Shown here: piece by piece, positions 12,485-24,796 of the stretch | Position numbering within the stretch: the first letter of the stretch is position 1 | Layout: each line of letters starts with the position of its first letter | From: Octopus vulgaris | Lineage: Eukaryota | Length of the DNA stretch: 64,000 nt | Direction: 5' to 3' | NCBI GenBank assembly: GCA_951406725.2 | Contig: OX597821.1 | Coordinates: 115,754,001 to 115,818,000 of the forward strand | Notes under the pieces: model-generated | Told to the model about the DNA's origin: nothing | Database searches by the model: none | What the model saw: only the letters and a program-made list of their open reading frames with translations | Position numbers and translations under genes: made by a program

Positions 12485-15400
12485 CTAGCTGTAGTTATAG
12501 AAGAGACCGTAACTACAAAACTCTTTTCTCTTGGAGTTATGAATTGAACACTGATCTATTTAACTGCTACGATAAAGCGAAACAAAACTCCGCTGTTGGC
12601 TTATTGATTCGATTGAAATCATATTGGGACGATCTGCATCCAGAATTAAATCATTTTACTGCGAAGCATCTACGCCAACAAACGACATTTGTAGAAGATA
12701 GAAAGAAAGTTAGTGACTGTAACTTTATTTTAAAAGATCGAAAATTACCCTTCTTCCCAATTCTATAAGTAAAAACGAAAACGTGAATGATATAAGACCA
12801 CCACGTTGTTTCGCAGCTAGCGACATTCCAACAGATTCCATAGTGCCTGCCACCCAAACTACATTACTGGCTCAAGTAACTGACCACTGTCCCTCTACTA
12901 CGACTATGGTAAATAGCAGGCACAACCACAACGATTATTGTAGTAGTAGTGGTAGTCAGGATTATATGCCGGTGAAATGTGCTCTTACTGAAATTTTCCG
13001 AGAGAAAATCACTTTGGCTTTTAAATACTCTCTCGAGGAAAGAGTATTCTCTACCAAAGTAAGTAAAAAACCACCAGATACGGTACTAAAAGTTATCAAC
13101 GAAATTGGTGATGAGTATTTTCAACTGTGATGAACCCACATACTGGCAGATTAAAGCCTGTCTGTATTCTCTGGTTACTACTGTAAAACAGTACGTGAAT
13201 GATATCGAAAAAGTAAAAACCGAAATAACAAAGAAAGTACCATCATGGGTTTTGAAGACGGAGAAAAAGATAACTGGTTTAAAGAGGACTATTAGTCATG
13301 CAATGATGCTTATTGCATGCAAACAAGCAAATCACTAAACGTTCCACCAACAGAAAGTAAAGAAGTTAGAAATGATGTTTGGTGACAGCAAAAAGAGGGC
13401 ACTCATCGCTTGCAAACTGATAACCCTCAATCAGGAGCTAAAAGCTGTCAGAGGAAAACTCCGACATCAGAAGAGAATAACCGAGAGAAGAACAATAAAT
13501 AAAAAAATTTAACCGCAACCAGGCAGCAGTATACAGAGATATGAGAGGAGGAGCAGAAACATCACGGAAGTTCCTTATCGAGAAGACATAGACTCCTTCT
13601 GGAGGAAAATTTGGAGTGAAGAGAAGGAATTTAATCAAGATTCTCTGTGGCTGAAATCCGAAAAAGTTACTGCTCCTGCATTCTACCGACCATATCTTAT
13701 CATTTTGTACCAGCAAGCTTTCATTGGGAACAGTAGTATATCACACTGGTTAGCTCTGGCAGAGACAAAATTGATCCCCAAATGCAGAACCACCCACATG
13801 GCAAAAAACTACCGGTCAATTGTATGTCAGAAATTAATGTACAAGATGTTTAAACCTCTTGCTCTAAGACCATTATCACAGAAGAGCAAGCAGCTGGGAA
13901 GAAGGGAGTTTGGAGATGTGCCGAGCAATTGTTAATCAACACAACTGTGATGTCAGAGGTGAGGGAGCATAGGAAGAACCTAGTTTCAATGTGGATAGAT
14001 TACAAGAAAGCCTTTGACTCTGTTCCCCACTCATGGATGCTAGAAGCCCTACAACTTGCTAAAGTTCCAGTGAGAATAGTCAAAGCCATAGCTGACCTGA
14101 CTTCATCGTGGACCACCATCTTGATATTAAACATAAGGAGTGACTTTATTCTCACTGATAGAATACAGTATCGCAAAGGCATATTCCAAGGAGCAGCCTG
14201 TCTGTGATGTTGTTTATACTTTCTGTAAACCCCTTGTCATTCATGTTAAGGAAGTCTGAAGGATATCTCACTTGTTCACAAGGAAACAGAAATACCAAAA
14301 TTACACACTGTTTCTTTGTGGATGACTTAAAATTTTATGCAAAGAATATGCATGAGATGAAAAAGAGCCTTGACCTAGTTACAACATCCTCAAAGGATGT
14401 AGGGTTGGAGTTTGGTCAGGATAAATGTTGTTATATGGTTGTGAAAAGGAGAAGACTAAACCAGACTAGTAATATCTCCATCAATGATTTGACTGTTTCC
14501 CCAGTATCTGACGGGGAATGTCTGAGGTATCTACGGGTGAATGAAATATAGCTTACACTGGCACGTGTAACAAAACACGTGTCCTAAAGAATATTACAGC
14601 CGAATAAAGAAAATTTGGACCTCAGAACTCTCTGCATCCAATAAAACAGTGGCCTACAATGTGTTTGCAGTGCCAATACTCATACCAACATTTGGGCTGC
14701 TTGATTAGACGCTTGATGAGATTCGAGCCATTGATGTGAAAACCCCCAAAATACTAACAAGCACACATAATTTCCACACAAACAGTGACGTAGTCCACCA
14801 CCACCTAAAACGAAAACAAGGTGGCAGAGGCCTAACATCGATCCAAAATACCTTTGAATGTCGCATCATATCCCTTCGGCAACATCTTCTAACCACCAAG
14901 TTTGCATACATGAAGCTGATAACATTATAAGACTTGGAAGGCAGTTCATTGAGCAACATGCTTTGTCTGATAACCTGGAATACATGCTCAAAGAAGTCGT
15001 ACGACTCTTCCGCAACGTATCCTCAGATGAAAGGATGAGTCTATATGAGCAAAAGACTATGCATGGATATGTTAGTAGAAAGCTGTGTGATGATAGTAAC
15101 ATCGATCATCAAAGTAGTTTATCATGGACAAGTAGCCGGATTACTCCCTCCCACTTTGAAGGCAATACGTTTATAATTCAGGAACAGGAAATATCAACCA
15201 AGTACCTGATGCACAAAAGGGATAGAGATGCACGAAAAACTGTAAGATGTAACAACCGATGCTGACTTTGTGGAGTTCACACTGAAGATATCACCCACAT
15301 CATAAGCAATTTCTCGAAGATGTCACCACGGTATTATTTACCGATGAGACATGACGTTGTTGCTAGGACACTCTATAATGAAATCTGTTGGAAGGATAAT

Positions 15401-16130
15401 CCTGAGGATAAAAGAAATAAAAACCCACAATATGGTAGAAGCCATAACCACTCATAATGAAAAGGAATACTGGTGGAATGTCCCAGTGAAGACCTCAATA
15501 AAATGTAAGCACAACAGACCTGATATAATGATTTGGGATAGAGAAGAGAAATTGTGCATGGTTGTGGAAATCAGCTGCCCAGCGGATGTTAACATAAACC
15601 AGAAGATCAGTGAAAAAGAGAACACCTTTGCTGAACTATTGAGAAATCTGCAGTTTACTCTATCCAGATTACAAGTTCAGGTTTATACCTGTAATTATTG
15701 AGGCCCTGGGATATGTAACACACGGCTTAAATACCAATCTTGAGAAATTAGGCTTCTCAAACCCAGAAAGGAGAAACTAATTTGAAAACTACAGATCCAA
15801 TCCATCATTGGAACTGTAAAAATCTGTAAACCTTCCCAGAAGTTTATCATTTAAATATATATGAGCATGTCTAGATATGCAACTATATTCATGAGAATAC
15901 ATACACACATACATACAAATCTGCACATGCATACATACATGCATGCATACATACATACATACATACATACATACATACATACATACATACATACATACAT
16001 ACATACATACATACATGCACACAAAAATACCCAGTCGTTGATGTTGAAATTCCAATGAAGGAGTCTTGGATCTAGGTTAGAAACTGGGTCTTTCTCTATT
16101 GGCAAGAAATCTTGAAATAAACTGAATAAT
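12485..16130 (+). mobile_element. Near full-length decayed non-LTR retrotransposon with C-terminal RLE (R4/Dong-like)
   Basis: Frameshifted RT motifs WIDYKKAFDSVPHSW, GIFQG, CFFVDDLKFY, GGRGL. A CCHC knuckle lies at about 15255-15320, followed by RHD, 'HNRPDIMIWDRE' and 'VVEISCP' RLE motifs. The 3'UTR has an internal (TACA)n and ends CTGAATAAT. Confidence 0.9.
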
Positions 16131-16144
16131 TACATACATACAAC

Positions 16145-16700
16145 TCAAATCCCGCTTCCACAAACCACTTAAGGGTCAATTAATACAGGCATCGAGACCT
16201 TGGGAGCGCCTCTCCATTGACTTTGTTGGTCCCCTGCCATCAACCACACAATACCGCTACTTATTGGTAATAGCCGATGAGTACTCAAGGTACCCATTCG
16301 CATACCCATGCAAAGACACGAGTACCAAAATAGTAACTTCCCACCTGCTCAACCTCTTTTCATTGTTTGGATCACCAAGTTGTATCCACTCTCACAGAGG
16401 AACCCAGTTTGATAATAAGAAGCTCCAGGGCTTCTTTCACGCTAACGGGACAATAAAAACTAGAACATCTTCCTATCGACCTCAAGGCAATTGCCAATAT
16501 GAAAGGACCAACGGTACCCTCATGAAGACCATAAATCTAGCACTTAGTTCACTACAACTAGATAAAAGACAATGGTTAACAGTTCTACCCGTGGCATTAT
16601 CAACCACAAGAGGATTCCCTGGTACAGCTACCAACACAACCTCTCATGAGAGAATGCTTAAATTTTCAAGATCATCGACAGTGGGAACCATTCTACCTGA
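16145..16700 (+). mobile_element. Gypsy-type integrase core fragment
   Basis: 'PWERLSIDFVGPLPS', 'VIADEYSRYPFAYP', 'IHSHRGTQF', 'YRPQGNCQYERTNGTL'. The second Asp of the DDE triad is lost. Confidence 0.88.
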
Positions 16701-17120
16701 ATTTTGAGTCCAGGCGTTCTATTGCTGCCTCGAAGGTTTCGGATTCTTCGACGATGGGGTAGGTCCTTGCTCTGCAGAGGACTAACAGTACCTCCAGTTT
16801 AGATTCATCTGGAACCTTTGCTTTTGCTGTGTTGATATGTAGCTTCCGTTTCCAGTAAATATAATCTTCCTCAGTTGGGTCGTCAGGTAGGATTCTCTCG
16901 AAGACGTTGGCATCCATTTAGAATGAAGTTTGAATAAAATTTGTTATAAGCCAGTTCAAAGAAGGCTTTTATCCAAGCGTTATTTCTGCTCGCCGTTTAA
17001 TCCGTTAATGACTGCCGTCCAACGACTAAGACGCCTTGTTTTATATCAAGTAAAGACAGCATCCATCCATCAACGTCATTCGATAGTATGTCGCATTTTC
17101 GTACTCAATACAAAATAACA
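16693..17120 (-). mobile_element. LTR (16942-17120) plus gag N-terminus of an LTR retrotransposon
   Basis: A 179-bp segment bounded by TGTTAT...ATAACA is followed 24 nt later by ORF 'MDANVFERILPD...YWKRKL...KLEVL...TFEAAIERLDSKF', which is gag-like. Confidence 0.65.
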
Positions 17121-17908
17121 TATCTATATTTTTATCTATTATTTACTCTTGTAGAAAGGAATTAATGATAGGATATTATAATTCATAACAAACAGACATA
17201 CACGCGCGCGCGCGCACACACACACACACTCTTTTAGTGACATGGAATGAAAATAAGGTGTTGTGCTATTCATGCCTTTCGTAAAGTAATCTGTGCCAGC
17301 GTCCGAAGGAAATAGCTTTCACCCCAAAATCAATACTGTTTAGCACTCGACTTACCAATGATAGCTTTATGTGTTTTATTTGAATCGTTTGCAAGCCCTG
17401 AGAGAGAGATTATTCCAATTTTCTATCTCATGAGTAGGAAAAAAGCTGTAGGTAGAGTTAGCTCTTCGCTCTCCCGATTGACTTAACTAGATACATGCAT
17501 TTAAGCACACACACAAGCAAATGCTCAGACAAACAGACAGACTGGCTGATATTGACACACATGTTTGTGCATGTTTGCATGTATATAGTCTGTCTATCAA
17601 TCTGTGTACCTGTTCACCAATATATCTCTATTAGATAATATTCTAAAATTGTATTGAGCTGAAACGAAGATTATCGTGTGTTGTTACGAGTAGGAAATAT
17701 TACGCATTCTTACTTGTAAGGATAGCAAAGTTTGAAATTTCTGAACAAATCTGTTTACATGAAAACTGTTGCTAACAACAGAACAACGTCATAAGTTACT
17801 CATATGTGTACAGTTATTGGTTATAAGTAAATAATGTGAACATTTCAGTTTCATAAAAGTAAGGAAAATTACACTCTTTTTACCCTGTTCTATCTTTGGA
17901 ATCAGCAA

Positions 17909-18583
17909 ATGGAGGGAGATTCTAGCCAGATAAATGATAGTTCTAAACCCCTTTGTCAACAACAAATAGAAGAATGTCTCGGTGGTTCAGAAAAACACCC
18001 AGTGTATGAAGAGTATCAAAAGCAAAAAGTCTTACAAAAGAAAGATGATGAATCGCAAGAATTGACAACTCAGACGGCCAGTTTGTGGGAAATAGAATCT
18101 AATGATTCGCTTAACCAACCAGTGTTTTATTTTATGCCACATGGTCCGGAACAGCAAGTGGCTCCAGAAACCAAAAACCCTCAATGGAAAATTCTTCTTC
18201 AAATTAAGGACGGAAACTCCTTCTTTCGATGTTTGTCTCAGTATTTTACTGGTAGTTCGAAATATCACAGACAATTCAGAGTGTTGGTAGCGAATTACTT
18301 GTACTGTTTGTATATCGATGAACATCCGGCGCCACAACCGAAAGTTTCTGTACTGGAACACATCAAATCAATGTTAGAAACTAACACTTGCGCTACTGAG
18401 TGTGAAATATATGCTGCTGCACATTTGTTTCACCGAAGAATAGATATTCTGACGGGAGGAAAGGAAGCTCCGTATTTCTGGTCCTCTACTACACCGCATG
18501 GTATCGCGCCCAACGTGTCCATTTGTTCTATACAGCTTTTTAATGAAGCTAGACATCATTTCGACTTAATTTTGAAAAATTGA
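17909..18583 (+). CDS. Single-coding-exon OTU-domain protein (224 aa), predicted catalytically inactive (Cys->Ser)
   Basis: Intact ATG-to-stop ORF. Motifs follow the OTU pattern DGNCFFR..S...G....H...R / EI.AAA / HFD: 'IKDGNSFFRCLSQYFTGSSKYHRQFR', 'ATECEIYAAAHLFHRRIDIL', 'IQLFNEARHHFDLI'. The nucleophile codon is TCC at 18218-18220. A pyrimidine-rich acceptor ends at 17905, 3 nt before the ATG. ATTAAA/AATAAA lie downstream at about 18650-18785. Confidence 0.8.
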   Translation: MEGDSSQINDSSKPLCQQQIEECLGGSEKHPVYEEYQKQKVLQKKDDESQELTTQTASLWEIESNDSLNQPVFYFMPHGPEQQVAPETKNPQWKILLQIKDGNSFFRCLSQYFTGSSKYHRQFRVLVANYLYCLYIDEHPAPQPKVSVLEHIKSMLETNTCATECEIYAAAHLFHRRIDILTGGKEAPYFWSSTTPHGIAPNVSICSIQLFNEARHHFDLILKN

Positions 18584-18889
18584 ACAAATTATCTAATGCT
18601 CCAGAAGATCTAACAAGCTGTGTTTGAGAACATATATTCCCATATTTAATTAAAAACGTGAGAAAATTTGTAAAATATTTTTTATCGCTGTAATATTAAA
18701 CATTGTAATTTTATTCTACATGCAATTTCTATGCACCTGTCACCATTTGTTATAATTTCTGAAAGAATTTTTCTGTGGAATAAAAAGTCAGGTAAAGATA
18801 TATTCGGTTTTAAAAGTTTTATAGACTTAAATGGTTTGTTGCAAACATATCGTAAAATACATTTATTGCTCATCTGTTTGATAAAACTG

Positions 18890-19490
18890 TTTGTATATCG
18901 TCTTAACCATTGCTCCCAACTGTGGCCACTGCATAGCATGAAATTAATAGCAGAACTCGAAGCGGTTCAGCGAAGCTGTACGAGGAAGAGCCTCATAGAA
19001 ACAAATTAGTTTCTGTGAAAGACTCAAGAGGTTAAGACTTTACTCCCTAGAACGAAGGCAGGAAAGATTTGCTGTAATATACATTTGGAAGTTCCGGGAA
19101 GAACTTGTCCCAAACTTTGGCGTTGAAAGTTATACAAACGCCAGAACAGGGCGCCATTACATAGTGCCCCCCCCCCCTCCACTGTCCCGATGTCAAAATA
19201 CGGGACCAGATATTGCAATACCTTGGGATTTAAGGGTCCACAGCTCTTCAATATCCTTCCGAAGAAACTAAAAGATCTACATGGGGCGGATGTAGATGTC
19301 TTCAAAGCGAAAGTGGATCTCTTATTGTCAAGAGTCACAGCAGGAAGCAGGAGTGAACGCAGCAGCGTCAAATTCACTCACTCACCAAATGCCAACTATT
19401 AAAGGAGGATTAATGAAAGTGTAGCAACACCAGTTGGCGGTGCCCCAGCATGGCCACAATCCTTGGACTGAAACTAGATAGAAAAAAATT
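18890..19490 (+). mobile_element. CR1-group LINE 3' fragment
   Basis: 'CSQLWP...IAELEAVQRS', 'RLKRLRLYSLERRQERFAVIYIWK', 'GPQLFNILPKKLK...FKAKVDLLLS'. Its 3' end matches the tail of SINE family A. Confidence 0.82.
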
Positions 19491-19822
19491 AAAATAACCC
19501 CTGGAATTAAGAATTATAATTCTCTCTTAGGTACTTTCTTTTCTATTGGAGAATTCAAAATATTTGAATTTGAGGAATACTATTCGAAGGAAGGCATAAT
19601 TTGGCCGCTCACCGCTTAGGTAGCATACATGACTGTAAATTATTTGCTTGACGCGGAAGTGTTGAATATATCGTTAGGCGAGTGTTGCTCTAAAACATCG
19701 ACATTTACAGTTCAGCCGAACGCCATTGAAACGTAGAAATAGCAATTTTTTTTTTATTAATGTTGAATTTAACAAGATATCTTGATTCAATGAATAGACT
19801 AGAATTAACTGCTAACAAAATG

Positions 19823-19941
19823 GGTACTACCTAAATACAGAGGTCCCTAAAAACAAACCCTAAAACTAACCCTAACCCTAATCCTAACTAACCCTAAAAA
19901 CTAACCCCAACCTCACGGGACCTCTGTATTTAAGTAGTGCC
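19823..19941. mobile_element. 119-bp Merlin-like MITE enclosing CCCTAA repeats
   Basis: TIRs GGTACTACCTAAATACAGAGGTCCC / GGGACCTCTGTATTTAAGTAGTGCC; flanks ACAAAATG / ACAAATTT (6/8). Confidence 0.75.
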
Positions 19942-20309
19942 ACAAATTTTTTATATTAAATGAATTTAGATATTAGATGAAATAATAGCTAATCTCTGTC
20001 TTTTAAGTTACTGAAACGATATGAGTTAATTCAAAAGAGGTGACAAGTAAATGAACACGGGTAGAAGAGAAATATTTGTGCCTAATTTCAGAAACAAAAT
20101 TTAGCTCGTGTTTCAGACAATTACATGTTTACCAGCAAATGAGAAAGCATTCAATTTTCTTCTTAAGAGTCCATAATTAATTCAATTTCAAATTAATGAT
20201 TATTAAAGTAATCTTTGCTAAGGGGAAATTGTATGAAACAATCAAGAATTTTCAGAGGAATATTGAGATCCATTAAATAGGTTTAAAGTTTGAGAGAGAG
20301 AGGGTGGGA

Positions 20310-20391
<82 letters not shown>

Positions 20392-20483
20392 CTGAAATTT
20401 AACAGGTTACGTGTAGTTTCATATGTTGAAAACCATCGAACTAAAGTAAATGAAAAAAAAAAAAGAAGCAAAACAACAGCAGT

Positions 20484-20546
<63 letters not shown>

Positions 20547-21389
20547 AATAACAACAATAACAACAACAACAACGCAACAAACAAGCCGAAATTCTTTTTA
20601 TTAAACATCATTTCCTAATAAAACATATTTAATCTTACCTGTGCAAACATTCTTTATGAACGTAAAATTATTGCTGACAGAATGTTGTAGCAAACATCTA
20701 GATATGATTCCTGCCTGGTAAACTAATTTATGATTAACCGATAGCTGATCGCAGTTTTGCCAGAAAAAGTAGTCTTCGGAGACATAAGTAATTTAATCGT
20801 TACTTTCAATCTTGCTACAGTGTTGTGCTAGATGTTAAAATAAATGCTGAAGAGAACAAGGAATTACTCATTGATTACTGTTGCACAGAATACGTTTGTG
20901 GCTATCACTTAATTCCTCTGGCTTAAAATGTTTCCCACAAACTTTTGATAAGCCACAAAAACTAATGTCTACCAGAAATTGTTTTGCAATTAAGTCGGAA
21001 AATGCCTGAAAAATGACGGTTTGATATAATCTATTCGATATTTTTTCATCCTAGCGCTAATATTAAAGCTTTCGACGAAACCAGCCTGTCGTATGTAAGC
21101 TGGCTGCATCGAGTAATATGCAGAAAATAGAGGACAAGCTTAAAATACTGTTGAAGGCACTTATCTTTCTGTCTATTTTCCTTTCTATTCCCTTTTGTTT
21201 GCACTGTTTTTTTTCTCTCACTCTCCAAATCATGTGTATGAAAGTGTTTATCAAATTACTCATTCAAAAACAAAAGCATTGCATTATTTAAAAGCAGTTA
21301 TATGAGCGTCGTTATATAAAATATAGTGTGCGCGTGTTTGTGTCCGTATGTGGGGCGCGCTTGAGTATATACATACATACATACATACA

Positions 21390-21533
<144 letters not shown>

Positions 21534-21892
21534 TAATACTAGAACTCTAGAGATGTTTGTGTGTACCCGAAATATCTCAGAAATAATATTTTATCTTAAT
21601 TTATTTTTGCATATTTATCTTCATACTTACCTTCGGCAGTGCAATACAAATTTTTGTGATATTTGGACATCTATTTATTAATGAAAACGATTAAACACAA
21701 TTTTTCTTTGTTATTTCTTGACGAAAAAAAGACATGGCTTCCGTGACGTCAACACACATACAGAATACACACACACATAATGATTGCCATGGAGTGTCAA
21801 TCAACACAAGCACACGTCCTCTATCTGTGACATATACACACACATAGTCTTTGCATCTTTAAGAAAAAAAAACGTCGACATTTTGACGTACA

Positions 21893-23430
21893 CAATATTT
21901 CAATCATTTAGAAATATTTTTAACTGAATGTGATTTCAAAAATGTAAGTTGTTTGTACAGTAAGTATTTATATTTTAGCTTTCTTTAAACAGACAATATT
22001 TTAATTGTTTTTTAAAAATTATTTTCGAGTGAATGGCGATCTTTCGTTTTGACTTTCAGAACTGTCATCCGAAATTCGTTAATTTCCGTAAAAAATTTCT
22101 ATTTATTTACTTTTATTTTAAATTGAAAGAGAGGAGAAAGTGAAAGATGTATGTGCGTGTATATGAAATAGACGTGTGTGTGTAAAAGAGAGAGAAATAG
22201 AGAGAGAGAAAGAGAGAGCGCGAAAGAGAGAGAAAGATAAAAAGAGAGAGATAGAAAGAGTGAGTGAAGGGGTGTGTTGTCATGTATACGTACATACATC
22301 AATGTATGTACGTGTGCATATGTGTGTGTGTGTACGTGTGTGAGAGAGAGAGAGAGAGAGAAAGAGTAAGTGAATGAACGTGTGTGTGTTCTCATGTATG
22401 TGTAAGTGGCACTCTCTCTCCCCCCTCTCTCTCATACACACACGTCCATTTCATATACATGTTCATACATCTTTCATTTTCTCCTCTCTTTCACGTTAAA
22501 ACGAAACTAAATGATTAAGTGAATGAATGATCGCCCCAAGGGAATACCGTTACAAAACGTTTTTCGACTGCATTCAACGTATCTCAGCTCGAAAGATTTG
22601 GCTGCTATTTCTAGCACGCCCTGCTACCACGTAGCAGCTATTTGCGATAAAGGACCCGAAATATCTATTACGTGGTAGCAGGGTGTGCAAGAAATAGCAG
22701 CCAAATCTTTCCTTTTCTGGGGAAAGGAGCTATTGGTACTTTTTGGTTATCTCACCCCCATTAAAACATTTTATGAAAAATATACCCCGTTTTATGAAAA
22801 ATATATCTCCCAATTAAAGAAATTGTTTAACCCTCAATAAAACAAAGAAAAAAAAATGAAAAAAATTAATAAACACGAAAACGTAAAAAATAAGAAAAAC
22901 TGAAAAGATTAAACATCTTATTGAATCCGTAGTGGCTTCATTGCAGACATGGCGTGGATTCGATCCTCGATCGCCAAATTTCACTTAACAGTTCAACAAC
23001 ACTTTTCTCACGGATTTTCTGTGAATAACAGTAGTTACATTTACTAGATGCCTTCTTGGCGATCGAGGATCGAACCCACGTCATGCCTGCATGAAGCCAC
23101 TACAAATCTAATAATTTTTTATAACAAATCATACCATGGAAGCCAAACGTCAACAATGTGCTGAAGTATCGAATCAAAAGGATCTAACCTTTTTAATCCA
23201 ATCTCTTGTCGCCACATAAACTCAACTTTTTAGTGGGAGATAACTCAGTTTTTAATGGCAATTTTTCAATGGGGGTGGGGATTAGGGGGTAAGATAACCA
23301 GAAAGTACCGAAATACGCGTGATTTTGATGTCACATTCATTGAAAGCATGCGAAATAATCTGGAAAAGAAAAAAAAACAAAAAAAAAAACCCTATGAAAC
23401 AACACTCCGTTGCTGGGAAACTCAGACATT
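21893..23430 (+). mobile_element. Interrupted second copy of the 48885-49819 Helitron-like family
   Basis: 21893-22020, 22560-22734 and 23314-23430 match 49184-49312, 49530-49704 and 49705-49790. Confidence 0.75.
22735..23309. mobile_element. MITE with about 25-bp TIRs and an internal inverted repeat
   Basis: GGTACTTTTTGGTTATCTCACCCCC / GGGGGTAAGATAACCAGAAAGTACC; absent from the homologous site at about 49704. Confidence 0.75.
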
Positions 23431-23500
23431 GCTGATTCAAAAAATCTATATTTATACTTTAAAGTTTGTTTTCACATCCAATCCAGTTCTGCAGAATCAG

Positions 23501-24227
23501 TGTCACAATGGGAATGCGTGGGTTGGGAGTTTGACCGGCAGAAGTGATCAGGTAGCAGATGCCGGCCCTTTCGATCCCCCTATCATCTAACCACCCTTGG
23601 CCCACGGGTTGGGAGCCCTTCCGGCAAGGAAAATAGAACGCCCAAAAGGGCTCCCAATTCTCTGTATCAGAAAAAGTTATGTTCAGATCACAACGAAGCG
23701 GTAACCTAAGCCTAAGCTAACCTAGCGAAAAGGGAGCCTCTAAAAGGCAGCGACTAATTTCGATCTAGCCCTAATCCTTCCTAGGGGTACTATCGGTCAA
23801 GGCTGCATCTAAGATATGCATTGGAGAAGGTTGTCTCGGAGATCTGCATCAAAGATCTGAATTGGAGAAGGTTGCATCGAAGGTTTGCACTGGAGATCTG
23901 CAGTGAAAATGGGTGACTCAAAGATTTAAATTGGATAAAGTTGCATTAGAGATCTGCATTGGAGAAAGTTGATTCGAAGGTTTGCATTGGGGATCCGGAT
24001 TGGAGTAACTTAGGAAAACTCACCAACAGCCTTAACCAAAAAATAAGGGGACCTGGCCCTTCTAGCCTAACTCTATGAGTAACTTAGCCAAGCACTGATA
24101 TCGGCCGAGTGAGCATTGTTGTCGGAGAAGTCAGCATTGTAAAGAAGAGGAAGAGTCCATGAGTCATGTTGCCATGGTTTGAGAATATGTCCGGCCAGTG
24201 CTTCCGGATCACCTGCTTATAACTACA
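23501..24227. repeat. GC-richer repeat-like segment with internal minisatellite, possibly an LTR
   Basis: Degenerate ATCTGCATTGGAGAAGGTTGC units at 23800-24005; TG...CA ends but no TSD. Confidence 0.35.
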
Positions 24228-24239
24228 TAGGATGCAATG

Positions 24240-24608
24240 ATGACTTGTTCTTCTTTCTACGTCTATAAAACTTCGCTATAGACAACATTGCGAGTTCTGC
24301 CCTGAGGATCATACACAAAAAGAGCGTTTCTACTCCTTACACGGGAGCAGGCCACATAAAGTTGCCCATGTGAAAAGCACGGCTCCCCTAAATGGATGCC
24401 AGACGCTGATAGTGTTCGGCCTTGGGATTTGTTGATGGACATGGCGAAGCATGGTCTCACCAGGAACTGCGATCTGCGGAAGTTAAACGGCATGTTTGAC
24501 CCCGAGCGATAAAGGTGCATCCTTGAAATGAAAACATTTTCCCTCTTCCCGCACCCCATAACAATGAGTGTGTGATTGACTGAGAGAGGGAGGTGTGTGT
24601 TGTCGGAA

Positions 24609-24650
<42 letters not shown>

Positions 24651-24741
24651 AGAAGTGTGTGTTGCTGTGTGTGTGTGAGAGAGAGCTAGCGTAAATTTTA
24701 TTTATTTACTTTTTCTCGCATCTTTTTTTGGTGTGTTTGAG

Positions 24742-24796
<55 letters not shown>

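Noticed and set aside
23800-24005. Regularly spaced repeats resembling a CRISPR array
   Set aside because: Degenerate tandem units with no unique spacers, no cas genes, and a eukaryotic context.
24263-24559. Cellular PIF1 helicase gene
   Set aside because: An isolated C-terminal fragment with the RepHel-type 'TRNVVYSEVL' end, set within Helitron-like repeat sequence.
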